From positions 124,001-188,000 of the forward strand of contig CT868529.1 of the NCBI GenBank assembly GCA_000165425.1: DNA of 64,000 nucleotides, in the 5' to 3' direction. This DNA is from Paramecium tetraurelia. Taxonomy: Eukaryota. The position numbers and the translations under genes were made by a program. The notes beneath the pieces are model-generated. The model saw only the letters and a program-made list of their open reading frames with translations, had not been told where the DNA came from and ran no database searches. Within the stretch, counting starts at the first letter, position 1; each line of letters opens with the position of its first letter. This document shows, one piece after another, positions 51,735 through 64,000 of the stretch.

Positions 51735-53403
51735 ATGTAAATTGAACCCCAAATTGTGTATTAATTCGAGTGTTTTCGAAAAGGAAAGAATGAAAATAAA
51801 AAATATATTGGAGTACTCAAGCCTGAAAGATTGGATTTGTACAAGGTAGAATAGTTTAACTGAAAATTTACATTTTAGGAAAACTCACAAGTTTCTAAGT
51901 ATACTCTGCCAATCCAATTATAGACCCACATTAAATGGGAAGTGGACGAAGATAATCTGAACGGGAAAAAGCATTATAAAATAGTGTCATTCAAATTTCA
52001 ATAAGTGAGTATAATCCTATTTTTTTTAAAGGTTAAATAAATTAAAGAAAATCATGTTGCTAAAATAACTACATTTTATAGTGACGAGAAGACTCTTACA
52101 ATTCTAAAGGAGCATTTGAGAAATAAAATCATATTCCAAAGGATTTAAGACTTTTATACACCACTTTAGACTTTGGGAAAAGGAGCATCCTCAAGAGTTC
52201 TTCTTGTTAGACACAAAAACACTGAATTATATTATGCAGCTAAATGTGTAGATAAATCCTATGTTAATGAAACAGAAAATGGAATTGTAAAATTATATTT
52301 AATCTTAGGAATCTATGTTTCAAGAAATTTCTATCAACAACACCCTTGATCATCCGTCATTCATTAAATTACATGCCGTCTATGAGGGGGACAATACATT
52401 TTATATGGTGATGGATTTATTAGAGGGAAGAAGCTTGCATGATGAATTAAACAATCATAAAAATGGATTCCCAGAAGATATTGTTAGGAATATCATGTGG
52501 GTATATTTTTATCAATTATTTCTAAGCAAATCCTAACTGGTATCGAATACATGCATGAAAAATAAATTATGCATAGAGATTTAAAACCTGAAAATATTAT
52601 GCTCTTAAAGAAGGGAGATTTGAATTCTTTAAAAATTGTTGATTTTGGATTGGCCACCTATTGCAATATTGAAAAGTTTGAATTATTATAATTGTAGATA
52701 TTTATTTCCTAAATGTGGAACACCAGGATATGTTGCTCCTGAGATTGCCAATTTAGTAGATAAAACACTTAAATATGATAAGGTGTGCGATGTTTTCAGT
52801 GCAGGAGTTATCTTCTTTAAATTGTATATAATCATATTTATTGAAGATTGACAGGGAAAGATCTGTTTCCGGGAGTTGGATTTAACCTAGTTTTAAAATT
52901 AAACAAATAATGCAAAATTGATTTAACTCCTTTGCAAATGAAAAAAATTGATCATTCTATCAATGTAATATATATTAGTTTGAATAGGTTAGGCTTTAAT
53001 TTAGAAAATGTTGGAGAAAGAACCAAGCTAAAGGATTAGTGCTGCTTAATGTTTATAGGATCCATTCTTTGCATCATGTGCGTAAGCTCCAGGAATGCAA
53101 GGACCTTCAAAATTAACTGCTAATTAAAAAAAATAAATGTTCTCTTCAAGTGGTAAGGCTTTGACTACTGAATTTCCTAATGATAAAATAAAAAATAGTC
53201 CTTAAGAAAAACTTGAAAATAAGGGATCTTTTATAACATAAGATAATGCATTTCGACCTGTTTAATCTAATTAATAAAAGATTATGTAAAAATTCAATAC
53301 TACAGAATTCGATCATGATGAAAATGCTTAAAGTCCATAAATGGAAAAAGTCATTTAATAATTTCAAAAAGGTGATGTAATAGAAGAGGAAGATGAAAAA
53401 TGA
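51735..53403 (+). CDS. CAMK-group Ser/Thr kinase with divergent PH-like N-terminus
   Basis: [29 protein letters not shown] and [11 protein letters not shown]; many tiny introns; same family as the kinase at 5279-7000. Confidence 0.92.
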
Positions 53404-53609
53404 ATAAATTATCATTAAATATTTATTATTAGAATTATAATTAATTTATTCAGTATTTTTATATATTCACCATTTTCCTTATTTATTTTTCTTATAAGAA
53501 AATTGAAAGGTAGTAATAAAATATTTAATAAAATGACTTTTATTTTAAGTTGTGTATGAGATCAGTTGTAAATAATCATTTTAAATATTAATAATAAGAA
53601 ACAATAAAA

Positions 53610-53849
53610 TCATTGATTTTGATCTGTTGTTTTAGAATTAATTGTTTATTGGAGTGTTTATTGAAAAGATTATTAAACTGAAATGGAATGTATTCTTCTT
53701 GATAGTATTGGATTCTTGAAAGGATTGAGATTTTAGTTGTTTTCTTTCATTTCTCTTAAAATCTTTTCGGATTTAGGATTTTCCTTAACTTTTTCACAAA
53801 TAAGGGGTAATTCACCTCTTATAGGTTTCTTTGCATTACACATTCCCAT
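53610..53849 (-). CDS. Small putatively N-acylated protein (79 aa)
   Basis: MGMCNAKK start (myristoyl/palmitoyl-like); NPFKNPILSRR motif; intronless. Confidence 0.65.
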
Positions 53850-53933
53850 TTATTTATATTTCAAATCTAATAATTAAAAATTTTAATTAAACCCTTCAAG
53901 ATATTTTCAATAGATAATTCATATATATATTAA

Positions 53934-54960
53934 TCATTTTCTTGACTAATTCTATAGATCAAACTAAATGGATTGTTTATTCTTCTTATGAGTCTCAGAT
54001 GCAGCTGGTTCCTCAGATGATTTCAGTTTTTCTTTAAATTATTGAATGCTACTCAGTTTTGATTAAATCAAACCATTAACTTCCTTCAAAAATTTAGTAT
54101 TTTCATCATTATTAATCTAATTATCTAGTATTTATTGAACTTTTTTACCTTTTATGGTAACTTGACGAAGAGACATAACTTCCATAGATAAATTGCTTAT
54201 GGTTTTCAGAAGATTTCTACTCAAATTATATGAGAACTCTGCTTTAGCATTTTTCTTAATTTAAATTTATTCCTCAGTTTCAGCTATTTTGGCTTTCAAT
54301 ATTTTAACAATATCAATAAATTCTAGGGTTATTTATATCACTTTACATTGTTGGATATTTTTAATTTCTTTAGCAGCTTAAGTGATAAGCATGGTTTAAT
54401 AGCCAGTTTTATGACATGTGCTTCTCCAATAATAAAATACTTTTGTTTATAACCCTAACTAATATTTTTGATATGCATCAAATTTTGCTTATCTGCTTTT
54501 TCTCTTTCTTGTTGCATATTATTTAAGAGATTTATAATATTTTTTGTATAATTTTAATCTCTCATAATTGAGAACCATTCTAATTGCTAATTTATCATAT
54601 TATTCTCTCTAATTTCAAAATATATTATACCTTTTACAAATTCTAATTAATCTTTTCTTTGACTATTTCCTAGTGTTCTAAAACCTATTGTTATAATTCT
54701 GTATAATTGGTTGAACAATTTGATAATTCTTATTAATAGACATTTGTCTTATTATTAACTTTCAATTCATAAAATGCATGCAATTTTCTTAATGTTTCTT
54801 ATTTGATTTCATTGAGTAAATCATTAAATTCTTTATTATCTTGAGGATTAAATTAAACTTCTGTGGATATTTAAGTTATTCTCTCTTAAGTGCTATCCTT
54901 TATTTCACCAACAGCTTTTCTTAATAAGTTTATGTGTTATTTCATTTGAACTGTACTCAT
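53934..54960 (-). CDS. POC5-like centrin-binding basal body protein
   Basis: Sfi1-type repeat AYQKYQLGLQTKVFYYWR, a coiled coil, then LSRNLLKTISNLSMEVMSL resembling the POC5 box (AFMRGVCALNLEAM). Confidence 0.6.
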
Positions 54961-55062
54961 TATTATTCTTAACTGATTATTTAAAATGAAAATAAATAAA
55001 TAAAAAAGTATTATGAATAAAATAAATTCACACTAACAAATAAATAATAAGCCTCATCAAAT

Positions 55063-58000
55063 TCATTTGCTCAATCTCTTCAATAGATTAAGGTTAGTCT
55101 TGTCATTCAATAAATCTTCAGTTAAAGTTACAAGTCCTAAGATACAATTTTTGTATCTCCTTTGGGCACAAATGATATGTATTGTTGTGGTAACGAAATA
55201 GATAAACAAAAATGTCAAGCCAAATGTGTAAAAGTAAACTAATAGGTTGTTTTTCTTTTGTTTTATGAGATCCTATGATACAATATCAATCTTATCATAA
55301 AATAGTTGAAATCCTTATGAAATGTTAAAGAAATATTAAACTACAAGGTTGTTATACTCCTTATAATAATAAATATCATTTGAGTTATTCTTTTAATAGA
55401 TCCCTTATGAAATTTCTATTTCAAAATCATTCTTAAATAATGAATCCAAATTACTAATAAATCCAGTGATACCTTTCCTCAGAACTTCTGAATTGTTTTC
55501 ATAAGGGTAAAATTAGCCATAAATATTTTCAAATTGATTCAATGGAATAGTAATATTGCAAAAAGGTAAAATGTCATTTAAATAATAACAAAAATCGCCT
55601 TTGTAAAGATCGTAAAGTTCTGATTTATCATTATCATCTATATAATCACTTAATATGATAGATGAAAATATCGATTCTAATTTTTTTTAATAGACTTGAG
55701 AGATATTTTAAAAATATATTGGAACTTTATCTTCCTAGAAGTAATTTTTAATGTCTCCAATCTCAGGATCGTTAATTTTACTAAATTGTTCTTAAAATAA
55801 ATGTTGCCCTTTTAAAATGGTAGCAAAGGATAACAAATACCCAAGTTATACCTCAAATTTCACATATGTTTTTATCAAATTTTCTATTGGCCTATGTTAA
55901 GATTCGCTAAGTTAAATTTAGAAATAACCAAAAGTTACAAATGCAACTAATGTTATATATAAAAATAAAGCAATTCCTAACTTTATTATAATGTCGAGCG
56001 ACTTATTTTATATTTTCTCATATAAAAACTATGAATCTCTGGATCGAAGGTTTTGGTAAGATTAATTAATGGTTGATTGCATCAATCTCAAAGGAGATTT
56101 ACAAGTGTAATAGGATTGATTCATATTAGTTTATTACTTTTCAGTTTCAGAATTTTATATTTATTATTGTTTTATCTCCACTAATTTAGATGCTTAATCT
56201 TCATTAATTCTTGAAATTATTTATATTAAATATTTATGTCTCTTTTCGAAGCTATACCAATTTCTAAGATTTATTATAAAAGGGGCACTAAACAAAATTA
56301 TTTATGCAATTAAAATGGTTTCCCAAAAAAACAATATATTTGAAGAATAATCATTTAAAATCTATGTAAATTCATCAATTAAAAAAATAGTATTATCATA
56401 AGCTTATATAATGTTTACTCTGAGAAATAACAACGATTTTTAAAATTAGATTGTTTCTTTTGAGTATGATAATAAACTAATTATAGTTTCTCTCAATAAA
56501 ATCGAAAAAGCGGCTTAACCTTCAAATTTTATCTAATTTTACAATAATGTTAAATTATATGAAGGCTAATCTTCATCTTCATCAATTTTCACTAATTCAG
56601 AATATAGAATTCCGAATTTAGAGCGAAGTTCTTATAAACTAACTTACATTTCTTGAGAAAAAGAGTTTTTTAAATATTCAGATTAATTTATATTTTAATA
56701 GATTATTTGGTTGAATCCAAAATTAAAAGCTTTATTATAAAATTAATTAATTTACAAAGGTGCCCATATATATTATGAGTATTTTAATTTTGTATTAAAA
56801 TCAATACTTAGCTAGTTAATTTACAGCATCATAAATAATAAAACCAAAATCACTAAAATTACTTAATAAAAGTAAATGAGTAAGAATGGTTAGCTATTGG
56901 ATTATTTAAGCAATACATCATGTAAAATAATCTACCCTTTTTATTCTGAACCAACTATGCTGACATCATTTTAGGATTTAGCTTTAATATTTTCTAGTTA
57001 CAAAATGTCGTCATTGATGTTCTCAACTTCCTCATTGTATTCTAATTTTGTCTCTGATGGAGTCATCTCTAATTAATACTATATGATATTTCCTTTCAAT
57101 TCAATTTTTTATAGTTTTATTTTGAATTTCAATGCCTCATCATTTTCTGTCTATAAATTAAATTAAATAAATTACAATATTCAAATGAATAATCTGTGTT
57201 AGTTTTTCTTATAATTGAGGATCCAAAAAGTCAAATTCAAATGTTTCATGATTTGAAAAACTATTCCTCTAACTTAATAGTTAATGCTAATCTGATCTAT
57301 CTGAAAGAATTAGGCAATCTAAATTATGTGTATTATTTTAAATATTGTATTTGACCTGGGATTAAATAAACTTTTTATATTGTTTATCAATATTATTTAC
57401 TTTCAATCTCTAAATAAAACTTATTTCTTTTTCATTTAGAAATTCGTTATTCTGTATGATATAAAACAACTCTGTTGAGTAATATTAGATATAACTATAT
57501 TGCTTCATTTAAGAATGTAATTCATTAAATTACTCTAAATAATCACTCATACCAGTAATTTTCCCTGAGGTATCAAATATTATATATCCTTTATCTTAGT
57601 TGACTTTTTTTAATAGAGAAATAAGGCTAAAGTCTGACTTATCACTACTTATAGTAAAATTAACTTCTAAACATTAAAGTTTACCATTCTCTTATTGTTG
57701 AAGAACTTGAAAAGAATTTTATAGGTAATTGGTTTTCAATGAATTTCTTTAAAGAAATCTGTCTATAAATTAGCTATGGAATGGTTAAATTGCTTCAGGC
57801 ATTAATTATTCTAAAAACTCTAATTTAAAATCCTTATTATATCCAAAGAATTAAAGCATCGATTAATTAACATTTAAAATTATGCCTTTCTGTTTAATCA
57901 TACTAACTGTTAGCACCAAGGCTTTACTTTTCATGATCTATATGGCTTCTAGTGTTTTATGGTCACTTTCTAATATTTTCTTAATTACTTTCTTTAATTT

Positions 58001-59514
58001 TAGAGCCTAAATAATAAACAACTTAATACTTGTACATAATTTTACATTATTATGGAGCTAAAATTGATTTAAATTTTTAAATAAATGATATTTGTATGAT
58101 TGTCTTTGATATTATTTTTAATTAGCCATTTCTCAGTATTTAAAATTGATTATGAAACTAATATTATTTTATTTTCCATTTCTGCAAAACTTTTGCTACC
58201 TTATAATAAATTATTGTAAAGTTCTATTTATTTAGTAAGAATATCAGAAAATCTCCTTTAATATTCCATTTCTATTAAGAGATCCCTATTTAACTATTAT
58301 ATCAGTAAAGTGGATTTATTCACTTCAATTATTTCTTTCTACATAGATTTTTTATATAATTGGCTATAAATCTTATAAAATAAAGTTAGATTCATTTATT
58401 AACATTCAAATTTGTTGAGGATAAACAAAGCTTAAAAGTAACTCTACTAATTTTTGGTAAGATAATCAAATAATATCAAAACATTAGTTTCATTCTAAAG
58501 ATTATGATTGTGCAGTATTTCGTTTTGAATTATTTCTTTTATAAAGCCAACATAAACTGCATTATTGGATTTAAATTAAACTACTTATTTTAATAATAGT
58601 TGATTAAAATTCAATTTAAGTTTATTCTCTATAACATGAATTATATTATTTGATTTAATAAATTAAAATAAATCAATTTGAGTAAATAAGTAGAATAGTA
58701 ATGTCATTGAGTAAAGTAATAGATTAAAAATTAAATTTTCATTCATATTAGTAATTAATCCTAATAATAGAAAAACTGAAATCATTAAATTGCAAAAGAT
58801 AAGGCCTTGATTAAATCTTTCTGGATCATTTTATTAGAATGCATTATGATATATTGCAATAATCTAAGTGATTATAGTCAATATAGAAAATATGATGAAT
58901 CCAGTTTAAGTTTAAACTATTACGAATACGAGAATTCTTATTAAATCTAATGTATATATTATCTTTAAGTAAGGAGTATAAAATGGATTCAGAGGGTAAT
59001 AAATCCTACTAAAATTTATTTCAATATCTCTCTAAAGATATGTAGTTGAAGCCAACAATATCAAAAATAAAGCAAAAACCAAAATAGTAATGATAATTTC
59101 TAAAACGCTAGTTTAGTGTTGAGTCATGAATTCAAAGTAAATAACAATAAGTGGAATCCTAAAAGTCTTCTAGAAAATATTTAAAGTTATGCTGATTAAT
59201 TAAGAAACTTAGTGTGATTTTGGGAAATTGAAGTATAAGATTAGCATTATAAAATAGATTAATGAAAGTGAGATAATGAAAACTTCAAATTAGTATTCAG
59301 TAGGATTTCTATTTAAAAATAGTATATAATTGGTTATCTATTGGATGCTGCTTAACATTTTATCATCATATTTTAGTTACTGCCACCCGTGTTATGGAAA
59401 ACACAATGCAATATTTTAAACAAACTCAATTATCATAAGCAATTTAATGAGTCCGATTTTTGTTTTTGTTTAGATTGAAAGTACATGAACAAAATTTTAA
59501 TATGTAAAATTCAT
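55063..59514 (-). CDS. Large multi-pass membrane protein with PAS domain (TmcB/TmcC-like)
   Basis: N-terminal TM bundle; PAS signature LMPEAIQPFHSQFIDRFL; further TM segments toward the C-terminus. Confidence 0.78.
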
Positions 59515-59540
59515 TTTTTGTAATTTTGATAAATATTTTC

Positions 59541-60407
59541 TCATTTCTTCTGATAACTTATTTATAATGTGACTTCTTCAAACTAGGTCCCATTCAATTC
59601 ATTCAAACAATGAGTTGCCTAGAGTTCATCTTCAAATTCCACGAAGGCCACACCTTTTGGTTTGATTCCTCTAAACTCTCTAAATCCGAAAAAGTTTCTA
59701 AAGTGTTGTTCCAAGTTAACAAAGTCAACCAGATGCAATCCTTCAACAAATAAAACTTTATTTGGTTAGTTTTGAATCGAAGAATTAATTATATAATAAT
59801 ACTTTTATTTTACTGCTGGCTCCTGTGTAGACTTGATTCACTGTTAAAGGCATAGATATAGTTGGTGCTTCTCGTTATTATTTTTGATTGAACATTTCCC
59901 TTTATCTCTTATCCTAAATCCTCTTCTTATGTTCTTTTATTTTATCACTCATAGGCAACTTCTCCTTCTCCTCATTATCTCCTTTTGAAATATAGTATGA
60001 TTTTTCTTTAGCAAAATTCACTTTCTAATCATCAAACTTAGTCTTACCATAACTTTATCATACAATTAAGTATTATGAAACTTTATTTGAGCTTATATTG
60101 CCGATTCTTCATCTTCCATTAAAATAAAAGCCTGTCCTCTCATTAAAATATTTTTCTTGACAATTATATCAAGCACTTTTCCACTTTATGAAAATAATGC
60201 ATATAATGTTTATCTCATTTCTTCTGCTGTCACTTTCTCATTTAATCTATTGATATATAAAGTTTTATTTGGTGGATTTAAATCAATCTCTTTAAGTTCA
60301 ACAGTTTACTTGGTTGGCACCTGCTCTACCTATGCTTATTGAACAGGTTTAAGTATCTCTTCTCTATTAATAGAAAACAGAGGGGGGACATTTAAACCTT
60401 GCAACAT
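59541..60407 (-). CDS. U1A/U2B''-like snRNP protein (two RRMs)
   Basis: PPNKTLYINRLNEKV, LYALFSQSGKVLDI, MRGQAFI and NFAKEKS; C-terminal RRM PNKVLFVEGL...VAFVEF. Confidence 0.9.
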
Positions 60408-60450
60408 AAAATAAAATTTAATATATTTGCATATTTAGCAATTCAAAATT

Positions 60451-61605
60451 TCAATCCATCTCTTCAATCTCCTCAAAGTAATCAAATTCTTCTAAAGCAG
60501 CTGAATCGACTGTCATATCAATTCCTTAAGATTATGATTGTTGCATATATTCATCCGATTCTTAAAACTAATCTTATTGCAATTACGAATCCCTCAAATC
60601 CTAAATTTATATTAATTATACTTCTCCCTCTAATTCTTCCTCAAAATCTTCGTTATCATACTTCTCATCTTCAAAATTTCTATTATCAAATTTCTTTTGT
60701 TATGGTTTTTTTTAAGCTGCCTCTTATTTTTCTCTTTCTTATTGTTATTTTAATAATTCCTGCTATTTTTACTATTCCTTCAATTTTTCTTATTCCTTCT
60801 TTTGTTACTCTTACTTCTATTACTCCTATTTTTATTGTTCTTGTTGCTTTTTCAATTCTTCTTATTTCTTTTATTCTTCTTATTATTTTCGTTGCTATTC
60901 CTTTTTTTACTCTTCTAATCTCTTCTATTCTTCTTACTATTTTTTTAATTCATCCTGTCTCTTTTATTCTTCTTAAAGTTATTTTCTCTATTCTTCCTAC
61001 CTTTTATGATCCTCCTATTTTCTCAACTCCTCTTGCTTTTTCTGTTCCTATAATTTTTATTCTTATTATTATTTTTGCTATTGTTATTACTACTACTGCT
61101 ATAGCTAGACTTCTTTTTGGGTTGGCTAAGCATTCTTTTAAGGTGCTTTTTCTTCACTAAAAGATATCTTAATGAATATTTTACGATTATTTTTCTGAAT
61201 GTCGATTCTTTAATAAGAAAAATAATAATGGCTTTGTTGTATCATTGGCTTCAATATTTAATTTCTTGGCAATCTATTCTCTATTAATTTCATCTTTCAA
61301 ATTACTTTCACTAAAAAAATCATTCAAAGTAAATACCTAGAAAATATTGAATTTGTATAATGCATGTCGAAAAAGAGGAAAAACTCTTTAATCAATTCCA
61401 GCATGTCTCGACCACAACCCAATTCATATATTGTTTAAGCTTTATTATTTTCCCAGAAAAATGGTGATGGCTTTTTACTATTGCCTTCTTACTAATCAAC
61501 TACATTAAAGACAGATGCTCTAATTTAAGCTCTAATCTTAGCTAGAGATCCATTTGCCTCGAGAGATTGTATAACTAAGTTCTTAAGTTCTGTTAACTCT
61601 TACAT
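60451..61605 (-). CDS. FOP: FOP/FGFR1OP (CEP43)-like centrosomal protein
   Basis: TOF motif ELKNLVIQSLEANGSLAKIRAQIRASVF, LisH LIKEFFLFFDMHYTNSIF, E/K/N-rich middle, C-terminus ALEEFDYFEEIE. Confidence 0.82.
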
Positions 61606-61921
61606 TATTAAAAATTTGAAAATATATATAATAAGAAATTTTTAATTGTTAAGATAAATATTCTAATTTGCACATCACAAAATCCTCAAAGTTTTATTAA
61701 TTACAGAAAATCAATTGTTGATTCTCAATTTATTTGATAACATAGTAAAGTTAGGATTTTTGTATATTATAAAACCCTCTCACTTAATTCATCAATAGGT
61801 TGATCATGGGTAAAAAAATAAATTAAAGCAAAAATATCTAGACAAACGATTCGCAAAGGAATTTCTACCTTTAAGAACTACATGCATCTCTTAAAAATTT
61901 TTCATCATCAAACAATACCTT

Positions 61922-64000
<2,079 letters not shown>

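Noticed and set aside
60399..61160. 253-aa hydrophobic ORF on the + strand that looks like a membrane protein
   Set aside because: Antisense shadow of the E/K/N/Q-rich middle of the minus-strand FOP-like gene.

Overview
AT-rich, very gene-dense ciliate macronuclear DNA, most consistent with Paramecium. TAA/TAG read as Gln, TGA is the only stop, and introns are ~20-33 nt GT..AG. The supplied ORF track uses the standard code and is largely misleading, so I re-read the genes by hand with the ciliate code. About 40 protein genes are supported. Signalling: PP2C, AMPK/MARK-like kinase, two PH-like+CAMK kinases, a CDPK, an NDR kinase, a pseudokinase, a dual-specificity phosphatase. Cilium/basal body: SF-assemblin-like, DRC2/CCDC65, POC5-like, FOP/CEP43. 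Organelles: small Tim, CHCH protein, PEX16-like, tandem rhodanese. Also CDC50, acid sphingomyelinase, METTL2/6, ANP32, U1A/U2B'', two RING-H2 ligases, two Kelch proteins, a trichocyst-matrix-like precursor, a PAS multi-TM protein and several unknowns. The least explained signals are two structured, ORF-free elements in head-to-head intergenic spaces (31895-32060 and 36716-36811, candidate ncRNAs), a pogo/CENP-B-type double-HTH gene with no catalytic domain, a protein with a duplicated Cys-rich module, recurring promoter motifs, and decayed gene relics. I found no clear multi-gene novel system. Gene boundaries are manual and some starts and introns are uncertain.
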